A program made the translations under genes and the position numbers. Of a DNA stretch of 64,000 bases, positions 26,004 to 35,558 are shown piece after piece (the stretch's first letter is position 1; every line of letters begins with the position of its first letter). The stretch is from positions 310,001 through 374,000 of IMG/VR virus record IMGVR_UViG_3300046660_000488. One strand, given 5' to 3'. Under the pieces are notes generated by a model, which was not told the DNA's origin, ran no database searches, and saw only the letters and a program-made list of their open reading frames with translations.

Positions 26004-27215
26004 ATGAACAAGTTTGAAGGACAGTGGCAAGCCACTAAGAAGGCCCTTTGCGAAGGCGCCGACCTCAAGAAGAACGCTGACGGTACTGCGAACAAGACCA
26101 AGCAGCGCATGATGGAAACCATTCTCGACAACACCCGTCGTGAACTGAAGCTGCTGGAATCGGCCACCGCCGGTGCCACCAACGCCGCCTCCATCGCCAC
26201 CCTGAACAAGGTCATCATGCCGGTCATCCGCCGCGTCATGCCGACCGTGATCGCCAACGAAATCATCGGCATTCAGCCGATGACGGGTCCGGTCGCCCAA
26301 ATCCACACGCTGCGCGTTCGCTACGCCGACACGGTCCCGACCGCTGGCGGTGGTGTTACCGCCGGTAACGAAGCTCTGGGTCCGTTCGACATCGCTCGCT
26401 TCTACAGCGGTAACGAAAACCCGGCTAACCCGCGTGCGGCCTCGACGCCGTCGCTGGAAGGTCGCGCTGGCAACCGCCTGTCGATCCAAATCCTGAAGGA
26501 AGTCGTCGAAGCCAAGACCCGCAAGCTGTCGGCTCGCTGGACCTTCGAAGCTGCTCAGGACGCCCAAGCTCAGCAGGGCATCGACATCGAAGCCGAAATC
26601 ATGGCCGCTCTGGCTCAGGAAATCACGGCCGAAATCGACCAAGAAATCCTGTTCAGCCTGCGCGCCCTGCCGGGTACGCCGGGTTCGATCTTCAAGCAAG
26701 ACGACGTGACGGGCACGCCGACCTTCGTGGGCGACGTCCACGCTGCTCTGGCCATCCTGATCAACCGTCAGTCCAACCTGATCGCTCAGCGCACGCGCCG
26801 TGGTTCGGGTAACTGGGTTGTCGTTTCGCCGACCGCTCTGACGATCCTGCAATCGGCCACCACGTCGGCGTTCGCTCGCACGACGGAAGGCGTTTTCGAA
26901 GCTCCGACCAACACCAAGTACGTTGGTACGCTGAACAACTCGCTGAAGGTCTACGTTGACCAGTACGCCAACGATGCGACCCCGGTCCTCATCGGCTACA
27001 AGGGCAACGAAATGGACGCCGCCGCGTTCTACTGCCCCTACGTTCCGCTGACCTCGTCGGGCGTGATCATCGATCCGCAGACCTTCGAGCCGGTCGTTTC
27101 GTTCATGACCCGCTACGGCTACCTCGAACTGACGAACTCCGCTTCGTCGCTCGGCAACGCCGCTGACTATCTGGGTCTGGTCGGCATCGACACCGGTTCG
27201 CTGACCTTCATCTAA
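26004..27215 (+). CDS. major capsid protein (T4 gp23-like)
   Basis: IGIQPMTGP, AKTRKLSARWTFEAAQD, AEIDQEI, FYCPYVPL, MTRYG. Confidence 0.96.
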   Translation: MNKFEGQWQATKKALCEGADLKKNADGTANKTKQRMMETILDNTRRELKLLESATAGATNAASIATLNKVIMPVIRRVMPTVIANEIIGIQPMTGPVAQIHTLRVRYADTVPTAGGGVTAGNEALGPFDIARFYSGNENPANPRAASTPSLEGRAGNRLSIQILKEVVEAKTRKLSARWTFEAAQDAQAQQGIDIEAEIMAALAQEITAEIDQEILFSLRALPGTPGSIFKQDDVTGTPTFVGDVHAALAILINRQSNLIAQRTRRGSGNWVVVSPTALTILQSATTSAFARTTEGVFEAPTNTKYVGTLNNSLKVYVDQYANDATPVLIGYKGNEMDAAAFYCPYVPLTSSGVIIDPQTFEPVVSFMTRYGYLELTNSASSLGNAADYLGLVGIDTGSLTFI

Positions 27216-27251
27216 GCTTCGGCTTATTGAAGGACTTCGGTCCCAACAATT

Positions 27252-27285
27252 GCGGCGGGAGCTTAACGGCTCCCGCCGTTCTTGT
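27252..27285 (+). terminator. intrinsic terminator
   Basis: GCGGCGGGAGC-TTAACG-GCTCCCGCCGT then T-rich tail. Confidence 0.7.
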
Positions 27286-27312
27286 ATCTGCCATCCAAAG
27301 ACCAACGGTCGC

Positions 27313-27319
27313 CTAAATA
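27313..27319 (+). promoter_or_regulatory. late promoter motif CTAAATA
   Basis: Upstream of 27348 gene. Confidence 0.6.
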
Positions 27320-27347
27320 CCCGAAACCCAATGTCGGGAGCACGACC

Positions 27348-28529
27348 ATGTCTTACAATACCGGATACCGCGAAAGCATTCGCGGAACTATGTACCGCTC
27401 GTTCAAGATCAGCAAGAACGGGCCGACCATCTATCAAGGCGATGACATCGCCGATTACGCCGTCCCGCAGGAAGGCGACCTCTGGATTCAGACCGACGTC
27501 GCGGGTCTCCAGCAATACACCAGCGGTGCATGGGCGCCGATCTCGGCCGCTGGCGGCGGTGTTTCCCCGTCCGATCTGACCACGGCCCTCAACGCCGCTC
27601 TGGCCCCGATGGCAGACCCAAAGGTTCTGCACGTCTCGAAGGTCACGCACAGCTTCACGGCTGACGGTTCACCGAACAAACCCTTCAACACCATCCAAGC
27701 CGCTCACAACTGGGCCGCAACCAACGTCAACGAGAACGCCGGTGGCGTCGTTCTTCTGGTTCATCCGGGCGTCTATTCCGAGAACGTGACGATCACCCGC
27801 GCCAAAACCCATATCCGTGGGCTGTTCGGTCCGCAGGTCGTGACGGCTATCGCGGGCAACGTCGTGGTCAATCTGACCAACTCGCTCGGCAACTGGACCA
27901 ACAACCGCGTCAGCATCGAAGACATCCAGATCACCTCTGCTTCGACCGGCGCTCTGGTGGCCCTGTCCGGCGCCAACCCCATCGGGTTCTACATGAACCG
28001 CGTGAAGCTTTTCTCGTCCACGGCTGGCCAGACCCTGTTCCTCACGAACAACACGGTCGGCGCGGGCGTCCGCTTCGAGATCGACCACTGCGACATCCAA
28101 ACCTCGTCGAACGCCATCGCCTTCGACATCGCTAACGCCGCTGCCGGTTCGGTGATCCGCCGCACGATCTCGGAAACCAATACTGCCGCCGCCATGCGTT
28201 TCCGCTCGGGCTCGATGGCCATGGAAGACACGCAGATCGGAACGACGGGATCGCAAGTCGCGATCCAAGTTGACGCTGGCACGCTGACCCTTCAGCGCGA
28301 CACGATCTACAACACCTTCGCCAACGGCGATGGCCTGTCCCTGTTGGGCGGCACGACCTCCTTGGGCTTCAGCGTCATCAACGTTCCGGCCGGAACCGGC
28401 TTTGCCGTTCGTGGCGTCTCGGGCGCGGTGTTTGCCCATGCGACGAACGTCTATCAGACCAACAACAAGGTCTCGTCGGCAATGGGTGCTGGTCTGGTTG
28501 CTTTGACCACCACCGTTTCCGCAGTCTAA
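27348..28529 (+). CDS. virion structural protein with predicted parallel beta-helix (decoration/fibre)
   Basis: DGSPNKPFNTIQAA and LVHPGVYSENV pectin-lyase-like leader; late motif; follows capsid gene. Confidence 0.6.
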   Translation: MSYNTGYRESIRGTMYRSFKISKNGPTIYQGDDIADYAVPQEGDLWIQTDVAGLQQYTSGAWAPISAAGGGVSPSDLTTALNAALAPMADPKVLHVSKVTHSFTADGSPNKPFNTIQAAHNWAATNVNENAGGVVLLVHPGVYSENVTITRAKTHIRGLFGPQVVTAIAGNVVVNLTNSLGNWTNNRVSIEDIQITSASTGALVALSGANPIGFYMNRVKLFSSTAGQTLFLTNNTVGAGVRFEIDHCDIQTSSNAIAFDIANAAAGSVIRRTISETNTAAAMRFRSGSMAMEDTQIGTTGSQVAIQVDAGTLTLQRDTIYNTFANGDGLSLLGGTTSLGFSVINVPAGTGFAVRGVSGAVFAHATNVYQTNNKVSSAMGAGLVALTTTVSAV

Positions 28530-28558
28530 GAAACACAGATCGGGCGTCAATATTTTGC

Positions 28559-28586
28559 TTGACGTCCGATCAACTTTCTATACTAT
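28559..28586 (+). promoter_or_regulatory. sigma70-like promoter
   Basis: TTGACG-N16-TACTAT. Confidence 0.6.
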
Positions 28587-28621
28587 GCCTCCAGCATCGA
28601 AACAGATCAAGGAGAGCACAG

Positions 28622-28981
28622 ATGGCCTATCCGAGCGCCGACGACTACAAGAACACCCTGCCCTATCCGAGCATTCCGGGTGAACCCGCCGTGCTCCGGA
28701 AGAAGGCCCGTGATCTGACCGCCGACGAAGCCGCCAGCCTCACCACCACGCTCGCCGATCACGAAGCCGCCGTCGCCGCCGCCAAGGCCGCGCGGACCGC
28801 TTACAACGCCGAGAACAACCGCCTGCACCTGCAACTGAAGGCCGACCTCGAAGTCGCCGAAGACGTCGTGGGTCACCCCAAGGCCGACAAGGTCTGGAAG
28901 ATGGCCAACGATCAGGCCAACGGGAGCGGCCACAGCGACATCATCAGCATCTACAGCGATCTGGTTGAACTGATCAAGTAA
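28622..28981 (+). CDS. hypothetical protein
   Basis: AGGAG RBS; start MAYPSADD. Confidence 0.7.
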   Translation: MAYPSADDYKNTLPYPSIPGEPAVLRKKARDLTADEAASLTTTLADHEAAVAAAKAARTAYNAENNRLHLQLKADLEVAEDVVGHPKADKVWKMANDQANGSGHSDIISIYSDLVELIK

Positions 28982-29009
28982 GGCCGGGTCAAAGATCGAA
29001 GAAAGGTTG

Positions 29010-29045
29010 AGCGGCGGATGCTTCGGCGTCCGTCGCTTTTTCTTT
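29010..29045 (+). terminator. intrinsic terminator
   Basis: AGCGGCGGATGC-TTCG-GCGTCCGTCGCT then T run. Confidence 0.85.
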
Positions 29046-29065
29046 GTCTACTTGCATTTTGACCG

Positions 29066-29093
29066 TTGACTTCAGCACAGATTCCGTTACTGT
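29066..29093 (+). promoter_or_regulatory. sigma70-like promoter
   Basis: TTGACT-N16-TACTGT. Confidence 0.5.
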
Positions 29094-29125
29094 GCTCTCA
29101 ACGTCAACGAACGGAGACCAAGCGC

Positions 29126-29446
29126 ATGTCGGAATATAGCTTCAACATCGCCGACGAAGTCCGTAAGGCGACCGTCAAGTTTCTGGATTCGATCTTCAGC
29201 GGCAACACGAACACCGCGTTCGAAAAGCTGATCTCGCATGCGCGCAGCATCGGCCTGCGTTCGCCCAGCCTGAAGAACGTCTACACGCTGAACGACACCG
29301 ACGCGATGAGCTACGCCCGCACCATGTACCTCGACGAGGTTCTGTGCGGCGACATGAAGGTCGGCAAATTCGTCGATGACGTGTTCATGCACGTGGCGAT
29401 CCAAGCCGCCTACTCGAACCCGCATTTCCTGACGTCGGAGGGCTAA
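29126..29446 (+). CDS. hypothetical protein
   Basis: GGAG RBS; start MSEYSF. Confidence 0.65.
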   Translation: MSEYSFNIADEVRKATVKFLDSIFSGNTNTAFEKLISHARSIGLRSPSLKNVYTLNDTDAMSYARTMYLDEVLCGDMKVGKFVDDVFMHVAIQAAYSNPHFLTSEG

Positions 29447-29451
29447 CGCCC

Positions 29452-29664
29452 ATGGCGCCGCGCCCCAAGAAAACCCTGTACGAGCGCACGCAGGAAGCGG
29501 ACGTTCGTGCAGGGACCTACCTCGCCGACGCCAACGAGGCCTCGGAAGCTGGCAAGCACGCTCTTGCCACCAAGCTCTACGACAAGGCCCAATTCTGGCT
29601 CGACCGCTACAACCTGCTGTCCGGCAACGGTAACGGCAACAATCGTCCCCGCCCCAAGTACTAG
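29452..29664 (+). CDS. hypothetical protein
   Basis: 70 aa. Confidence 0.6.
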   Translation: MAPRPKKTLYERTQEADVRAGTYLADANEASEAGKHALATKLYDKAQFWLDRYNLLSGNGNGNNRPRPKY

Positions 29665-29676
29665 GAGACTGCACCC

Positions 29677-30156
29677 ATGAAGACCCTCATCCTGATCGTC
29701 GCCGCCGGTGCAGCCTTCGCCAGCCCTGTGGCCGCCCAGTCCTATTACTCGGCTCCGCAGGCCCAGTATCAGCCCCAGCAGAACCGCAACTGCGACGGGA
29801 CTATCCAGAGCGGCGTCGCCGGTGCGACCCTCGGGGCGTCCATGGCGGGCAACAACAGCGGCAACAAGGCTGGCGGCGCCCTGATCGGCGCTCTGCTGGG
29901 CGCGGCGGTGAACCACGCCGCCTGCGACCGCGAGCAGCCTCGCCAGCAATACTACGCCCCGCCGCCGCAGCCGCAGTATCAGCAGTCGGCGGGCTACGGC
30001 TTCCAGCAGCCGCAGCAGTACTCCCCGCAGCCGGTCTATCAACGCCAACCCGAGTGCGGTATGGGTCAGATCATCATCCGCGCTCCGGATGGCACGACCA
30101 CCGCCATCGACAAGCAAATGTGTATGACCGCCCAAGGCTGGAAGATCGCCCAATGA
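29677..30156 (+). CDS. secreted glycine-zipper protein
   Basis: Signal peptide MKTLILIVAAGAAFASPVAA; GVAGATLGA...GGALIGALLGAAV; Gln/Pro/Tyr-rich linker. Confidence 0.75.
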   Translation: MKTLILIVAAGAAFASPVAAQSYYSAPQAQYQPQQNRNCDGTIQSGVAGATLGASMAGNNSGNKAGGALIGALLGAAVNHAACDREQPRQQYYAPPPQPQYQQSAGYGFQQPQQYSPQPVYQRQPECGMGQIIIRAPDGTTTAIDKQMCMTAQGWKIAQ

Positions 30157-30497
30157 TCAGCATCGACCCCTCCATTTTCTCGGCCGCACTAGCGCCGGGC
30201 GCGATCAACGCGCTGATGACCTCGCTGCGCTTCCTCGGCGACTGCCAGATGCGGGGCGACCTGCGTGGCCCGATGGAGGTCCGGCCGGTCTACGGCAAGC
30301 CCCAGCGCCTGTATCAGCACGGCGGCACGGTCCTCGTGCCGTTCCTCGTGGCGCTCGAAATCACCGTCGAGTGGTCGAAATTCGAGGACACCACCATGAC
30401 CATGCCGCTCGGCGGCTCGGACTGGAAGGCGTTTCAAGACTACAAGGACATGATCGCCAGCGCTGTGGCGCGAGAGCCGGAGGAAGACCCCGCATGA
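30153..30497 (+). CDS. hypothetical protein
   Basis: ATGA overlap. Confidence 0.6.
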   Translation: MISIDPSIFSAALAPGAINALMTSLRFLGDCQMRGDLRGPMEVRPVYGKPQRLYQHGGTVLVPFLVALEITVEWSKFEDTTMTMPLGGSDWKAFQDYKDMIASAVAREPEEDPA

Positions 30498-31099
30498 CCC
30501 GCTCACAGTACCGCACGGTCTCGCCACACACCTTCTATTTCCGTGACCAGCCCAAGGGCCGGACGGCCTACTATTTCGTTCGCGACAGCCTGAACGGCAA
30601 TCGCTACGTGAAGGTGGACAAGGTCACCCTCGAAGGTACGCAATTTTTCGCCGCCATCGACCATCGCCGCATCCCGCTGCACATCGACACCAGCGAACTC
30701 TATATGGAATGGGGCGTCGTCACGTACTTCGGCCTGCCGGATGTCGTGGAAGAGACTTTCACGAGCCTGAAGGTCGGCGTCCAAGACGAGCTTCGCAACA
30801 TCGACCACGAAATCGCCGAGCGAGAACCATTCGAGGAATTCGGCGCCGAGCACCTACTGTCGATTTTCGAGGACGCGGTTAAAGCGGCGGGCGAAAGCTA
30901 CGAACGCCACGCTCCGACAAAATTCGCGGCCGAGCCATATCCGGTCTGGCGCCGTCGTCAGGAGACGATGGCCAAGCTGATCGGGGCGATCCGCAACATC
31001 GAGTTGGGTTTCTACGACGAAGCCCTCTCCCTGATCGGTGACGCCAAGCTGGAGATCGCTGACTACAAGGTCATGGCGGACGCGATCTTCCAGAAGTAA
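30494..31099 (+). CDS. hypothetical protein
   Basis: ATGA overlap, GGAGG RBS. Confidence 0.65.
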   Translation: MTRSQYRTVSPHTFYFRDQPKGRTAYYFVRDSLNGNRYVKVDKVTLEGTQFFAAIDHRRIPLHIDTSELYMEWGVVTYFGLPDVVEETFTSLKVGVQDELRNIDHEIAEREPFEEFGAEHLLSIFEDAVKAAGESYERHAPTKFAAEPYPVWRRRQETMAKLIGAIRNIELGFYDEALSLIGDAKLEIADYKVMADAIFQK

Positions 31100-31142
31100 T
31101 CTCTGCTTCCGGCAGAAATCGGCATGAAGCACAGTTTAGCGC

Positions 31143-31170
31143 TTGCGTTAGACTGTGCTTCGTGTATTAT
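31143..31170 (+). promoter_or_regulatory. sigma70-like promoter
   Basis: TTGCGT-N16-TATTAT. Confidence 0.5.
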
Positions 31171-31196
31171 GCTGTTCTCTTCAAGCGGAGGACACC

Positions 31197-31490
31197 ATGA
31201 TCGCGAACGCCGTCGAAATCTGGAAGAGCCTCCCCGCTGGCGTCAGCCGCGACATGTTCGAGGCCAAGGTCTCGCGAGCCACCAAATCGCTGCACGCCCG
31301 CTATGAAGCCCAAGACCGCGCCCGCAAGGTTCTGGTGCAGTTCATCATGCGCTGCGACCACAACTCGCAGCAGTACTTCACCATCGAAGCGATGTCGCGC
31401 CTGCTGATGCAGGACGCCCCGCTGTCGGCGCTGCACGCGCTGGCCAAGGCTCGCCGCTTCCGCACCCAAAACCAACTCGCCAACATCTAA
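31197..31490 (+). CDS. hypothetical protein
   Basis: GGAGG RBS. Confidence 0.65.
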   Translation: MIANAVEIWKSLPAGVSRDMFEAKVSRATKSLHARYEAQDRARKVLVQFIMRCDHNSQQYFTIEAMSRLLMQDAPLSALHALAKARRFRTQNQLANI

Positions 31491-31502
31491 GGGAGGATCA
31501 TC

Positions 31503-31904
31503 ATGGGCCGTGCCTTGAAGTCTTGGCAGACGATGCCGAACGCGCCGAGCACCTACGAGGTCGCTCCGCACCGCTACACCATCGAAGGCACGGATTCCTC
31601 GTACCGGTGGGCCGACAGCTATGACCAGTTCATGGCGGGCGTGCCCTACAAGGAAGGCGAGGTCGTCTACCTGCTCCGCAACGGCGTGGCGGCCAAGGCC
31701 TTCATCCTGAGCGTGTGGTACGAGCGCGACAGCCTCGGCGACCGGCGCGAGAAATTCAAGGTGGTGGTCGAGCGCCTGACCGGCGACGCCTTCTCCAAAA
31801 ACTGGGAGTGGGTCCACCCCGGCTTCATCCAGCGCGGCTACGCGGCTGCTGGTCTGGCGCCGGACGTCGTGGCGTGGGAAGCGCGGGAGCTAGAACCCGC
31901 ATGA
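31503..31904 (+). CDS. hypothetical protein
   Basis: GGAGG RBS; 133 aa. Confidence 0.7.
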   Translation: MGRALKSWQTMPNAPSTYEVAPHRYTIEGTDSSYRWADSYDQFMAGVPYKEGEVVYLLRNGVAAKAFILSVWYERDSLGDRREKFKVVVERLTGDAFSKNWEWVHPGFIQRGYAAAGLAPDVVAWEARELEPA

Positions 31905-32059
31905 ACCCAGTCCTCTACGCCGCAGTGACCCTCGCCAAGAACGAGCAGATCAGGTCGGTTCGAGTCCTCCGCAGCCGCCTCAGCCAGTACGGCTTCAGCG
32001 ACGAGGAAATTTCCGAAGGTCTGAACCTCTGGGCTGAATACGCCCGCGCCACCCGATGA
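31901..32059 (+). CDS. small hypothetical protein
   Basis: ATGA overlap; MNPVLYAAV. Confidence 0.55.
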   Translation: MNPVLYAAVTLAKNEQIRSVRVLRSRLSQYGFSDEEISEGLNLWAEYARATR

Positions 32060-32062
32060 CAA

Positions 32063-32093
32063 GAAACCCCCGGACACAATGTCCGGGGGTTTC
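32063..32093. terminator. bidirectional terminator
   Basis: GAAACCCCCGGACA-CAA-TGTCCGGGGGTTTC between convergent genes. Confidence 0.85.
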
Positions 32094-32143
32094 TCTAATT
32101 CCGGGGAGGGAGGTGAGCGGCGTTCCCCGAGTGATTGACTTGC

Positions 32144-32935
32144 TTAGACTTCCGAACCGTAGAGGTCGAGGATTTCTTCGATGACCGGGTGACGTTCAAC
32201 GTCGCCTGCCTCGAACGAAACCACTTCCATGGCCGAGCTTCCGCGTGCGGCCAAACGGGTGGTGAAGTCCTTCAGACCGTTGTCGTGCAGACCACGGTCG
32301 TGCTGGGCGAGGTCGCCCGTGACGAACATGCGGCAGTTGTCGCCGATGCGCGTCAGGATCATCTTCATCTGGTTCGGGTTGGTGTTTTGCATTTCGTCGG
32401 CGAGAACGATGCAGTTTTTCATCGTTCGGCCGCGCATGTACGCGAGCGGTGCGATCTCGATGACTTCCTCTTCGAGCATCTTGTCGATCTGCTTGGGCGT
32501 GTAATAATCCTTGAACACGTCCATGATCGGGATGACCCACGGCGCCATTTTCTCGATCAACGTACCCGGCAGGAAACCGTGCTGCTCGTCAACCGACACC
32601 GCAGGGCGGGTCAGGATGACCTTGTCGATCTTGCCCTCTTGCAGGGACTTGATCGCGAACAGCGTTGCCAGAAGCGTCTTACCGCAGCCTGCCGGACCCA
32701 TCGCAAACACAATGTGCTTGGATTCGTCGTAGAGGGCGTCGATATAATTTTCCTGAGCAAGGTTGCGGGGTGTGATCGTGACGCGCTTTGCGCGGGACGA
32801 CTTGGCTTCATCAAAATCGACCACGTTGTCGCCAATTTGACGACGACGGTTCTTTTGATACTCGGGAGCATTACGCTCTTCCCGAGGATTAGGCTTGTTG
32901 GAACGCTTAGCGTTCCGGGCGAGGTGTCTAGCCAC
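32144..32935 (-). CDS. phoH: PhoH-like ATPase
   Basis: GPAGCGKT, LTRPAV, LAYMRGRT, DEMQN, TGDLAQHD; GTG start after GGAGG. Confidence 0.93.
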   Translation of the reverse strand: MARHLARNAKRSNKPNPREERNAPEYQKNRRRQIGDNVVDFDEAKSSRAKRVTITPRNLAQENYIDALYDESKHIVFAMGPAGCGKTLLATLFAIKSLQEGKIDKVILTRPAVSVDEQHGFLPGTLIEKMAPWVIPIMDVFKDYYTPKQIDKMLEEEVIEIAPLAYMRGRTMKNCIVLADEMQNTNPNQMKMILTRIGDNCRMFVTGDLAQHDRGLHDNGLKDFTTRLAARGSSAMEVVSFEAGDVERHPVIEEILDLYGSEV

Positions 32936-32973
32936 TTCTGCCTCCGTTAGGTGGTTTGTTAACCGCTCGAAAG

Positions 32974-32980
32974 TATTTAT
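32974..32980 (-). promoter_or_regulatory. late promoter motif ATAAATA
   Basis: Upstream of phoH. Confidence 0.55.
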
Positions 32981-33136
32981 AGGGAGGGGTATCCTCAATA
33001 GTACTGACATAATAACTACGGTGTTTGCCTATACGTGTCGGACCAGAAACTCTGCTCACCTAAGCTTCTGATCTACTTTAATAATACTTCCGTCACATAA
33101 TCCCGGCGATATAAAACGGAGGCAGAATTAGTTCGG

Positions 33137-33601
33137 ATGGCAGACAAATATTCGCGGTTAATCCGGTTGACACGGAGAGGTCCGAGTGCAATTTGGTTCA
33201 CGAGATTGTGGGGTTTGTGTATGCCGCCGAGACGAGACGATTCCGCGTTCGAACGCGCGAAAAAGAAGGCTCACGACATCATTCAGGGAATGGTGTTCCG
33301 GCCGCCAGAAGACGATCTGGTGGTGCTGAAATCACAGATCATGGTGATGAAGCAGACCGGCCTGCGGCCGTCCGGCGATCCAGACAGCATGCCTCACCTG
33401 TATCCGGAGGACCGGAGGGTCGTGGACGTGGCGGAAAGCTTCGTGGCGTCCGTGGAGGCCGCCGGTTACCCACCGAGCCTCTACCAGCCTCCCTGCGCGC
33501 CCAAGGACCCCAACAAGGGCCTGTATTTCCTCTACGGCCTGATGGCCGGTAGCGGTAGCGCGATCATCGTCATTTCGATGATCCTGATGATGTCCAAATA
33601 A
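33137..33601 (+). CDS. C-terminally anchored membrane protein (start may be 33221)
   Basis: Hydrophobic C-terminal segment. Confidence 0.55.
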   Translation: MADKYSRLIRLTRRGPSAIWFTRLWGLCMPPRRDDSAFERAKKKAHDIIQGMVFRPPEDDLVVLKSQIMVMKQTGLRPSGDPDSMPHLYPEDRRVVDVAESFVASVEAAGYPPSLYQPPCAPKDPNKGLYFLYGLMAGSGSAIIVISMILMMSK

Positions 33602-33627
33602 AAAGGCGGGGATTGCTCCCCGCCCTT
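33598..33627. terminator. bidirectional terminator
   Basis: GGCGGGGA-TTGC-TCCCCGCC between convergent genes. Confidence 0.75.
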
Positions 33628-34217
33628 CAGTTATCGCCCCAGTGGTCGTTGCATCGCGCCTCGTATTTGTCGAGAGCGCCAAGTTCCACCTGCGCGCCTT
33701 CTCCAGACTTCTTGTGAGTCTTTGTGGCCGGACGGCCGCACACGGTACAATTCGCCGTGATCTTGACCATTTCATCCGCCATGGCGCCCAGTTGAGCGGT
33801 CTTGGAAAAGGGCTGGCCTTGCCAGTCCATGTCCAATCCAGTGACGACGACATCTACGCCCTTGCCCAGCAGGGCTCGGACGACTTCTACGATGTCGCCA
33901 TCGAAATGCGGGTCCGTGAAGAACTGGACCTCGTCGATGAACACGCAATCGGGCCGGACCACGCAACGGCCATCGCGCTCGATCCAAGCCTCTTTCTCGG
34001 CCGTGATCTCGTCAGCCGACCGCACCGAGATTGCTTCCACCCGAAGTCCGTCATGGCTGACGATGCTTTCGGTGGCGTAACGGTCGTCGAACGAAGGCTT
34101 GTAGACCTTCACGCGGCGGTTCTGGCCGCTCTTGGCCCACAGCACTCGCTTGAGCAGTTCAGTGGTTTTCCCGGCGTACATAGGGCCGCAGATGACCGTC
34201 AGTCGGCCGTAGCTCAT
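33627..34217 (-). CDS. tdk: thymidine kinase
   Basis: GPMYAGKTTELL, VFIDEVQFF, GLDMDWQGQPF, CTVCG, YEARC. Confidence 0.95.
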   Translation of the reverse strand: MSYGRLTVICGPMYAGKTTELLKRVLWAKSGQNRRVKVYKPSFDDRYATESIVSHDGLRVEAISVRSADEITAEKEAWIERDGRCVVRPDCVFIDEVQFFTDPHFDGDIVEVVRALLGKGVDVVVTGLDMDWQGQPFSKTAQLGAMADEMVKITANCTVCGRPATKTHKKSGEGAQVELGALDKYEARCNDHWGDN

Positions 34218-34423
34218 GTGTGCCTCGCATTGTGCATCACGAGGGCTTCCTGAAGCTTCTGCCGGATTGGATCACCGACCGTGAGGACGGAGATCAGGCC
34301 TTCCAACTGAAGCTTGAAGAGGTCCGACGAGGCAGTGCGCGGCTTGGCGTCGCGAGCAAGCCGGGCTTCGCGATCCAAGCGCTCTTGCTCGCGAAGTTGA
34401 TCGTCAATGCTCACGCGGGTCAT
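34214..34423 (-). CDS. hypothetical protein
   Basis: ATGA-type overlaps at both ends. Confidence 0.55.
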   Translation of the reverse strand: MTRVSIDDQLREQERLDREARLARDAKPRTASSDLFKLQLEGLISVLTVGDPIRQKLQEALVMHNARHT

Positions 34424-35004
34424 GCGGTAATGGCCTTGTGGATTTCGCGCCAGCATTGGACGCGTTTGGGCTTAATCTCGGCGGTCACGCCATCGGGAAC
34501 GAAGCGGTTGTAGGGACGGTCGAGTAGGAAGGTCTGGTGACCAATCCCGGCACCGGTGTGGGCGTGCCACACGTTGTCCTCGACCCAGACCGTGCTGTCG
34601 TACTGCATCAGGGTCTGAACCTTGGGCTTCAGCAGACCAACACAGTGGATCACTTCCCACGGGAAGCCGAAGGACCGCTCAAGGTTCTCCAGACGCATGT
34701 CTGCGACCTCTGGGGTGTCCACGCAGGCCGAGATAGCCACGAAGCGGAAGCCTTCCGCATAGAGCTTGGGAAGCACCTCTAGGGCGTCTTCCTCGGGCTC
34801 CAGATACGGCATGGTGTCACGGCACGTGGAGAATTCGATGACCAGTTCCGTGGCGCGGTCGCGGTCACAGTTCAGGAAGGTCTCGATGGTGCAGAGATCG
34901 CGCAGTCGGCCGAAGGTCGGCAGACCCTTTGCTTCGCACCAGTCTTGAAATTTGTCGCCAAACTTCAAGACGGTATCGTCGATGTCCGTCAGGATGAGGT
35001 TCAT
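34420..35004 (-). CDS. HAD-family 5'(3')-deoxyribonucleotidase-like protein
   Basis: DIDDTV motif I, WVEDN motif IV, LLDRPYN. Confidence 0.8.
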   Translation of the reverse strand: MNLILTDIDDTVLKFGDKFQDWCEAKGLPTFGRLRDLCTIETFLNCDRDRATELVIEFSTCRDTMPYLEPEEDALEVLPKLYAEGFRFVAISACVDTPEVADMRLENLERSFGFPWEVIHCVGLLKPKVQTLMQYDSTVWVEDNVWHAHTGAGIGHQTFLLDRPYNRFVPDGVTAEIKPKRVQCWREIHKAITA

Positions 35005-35036
35005 TAGAAAATACCGTCTTGAAAATGGTCGCGGGC

Positions 35037-35453
35037 TTAGGCCAGCGAGAACGTGCCTTCGGCGACGCCAGCGTCGGCGACTTGGGCGACAGTCAGGCGC
35101 TTGGCTTCGTTGGTCAGCCAGACGTCCATGGCTTCCGTGATCTGGGCCTCGTACTTGTTGAGGTAGTAATCCATCACGTCCTCGTCCGGAGTGTTGACGA
35201 GGTTGTTCTTGATCACCTTGGTCTGGGTCACGTCGATGATGACGTTGGCGTTCCGAAGGTGGACGGCGTTGACGCGGTCAACCAGCGACGGCTGCTCGAA
35301 CGCATCCAGATTGCCGGTGACTTCCTTCCAGCCCTTCTTTTCCGTGCGGACGCCCTTGGCCGGGCGTTGGATCAGGGAAATGATCAGGAAGGGGCGGTTC
35401 CGCAGGTAACGATCAACCTTCGGGGCCAGCGACGGGGCGGCTTGTTCTGTCAA
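35037..35453 (-). CDS. hypothetical protein
   Basis: GGAG RBS, TTG start; GTAAATA at 35556-35562 upstream. Confidence 0.65.
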   Translation of the reverse strand: MTEQAAPSLAPKVDRYLRNRPFLIISLIQRPAKGVRTEKKGWKEVTGNLDAFEQPSLVDRVNAVHLRNANVIIDVTQTKVIKNNLVNTPDEDVMDYYLNKYEAQITEAMDVWLTNEAKRLTVAQVADAGVAEGTFSLA

Positions 35454-35558
35454 AATAGTCTCCAGTATGGCTTCAACTATGAAAGTAGAGTTTGGTGCGA
35501 TTTCTCGCTGTCCATCATCTTCTTCACAATATCAGCTTCGACTTTCCTACCGCAATAT

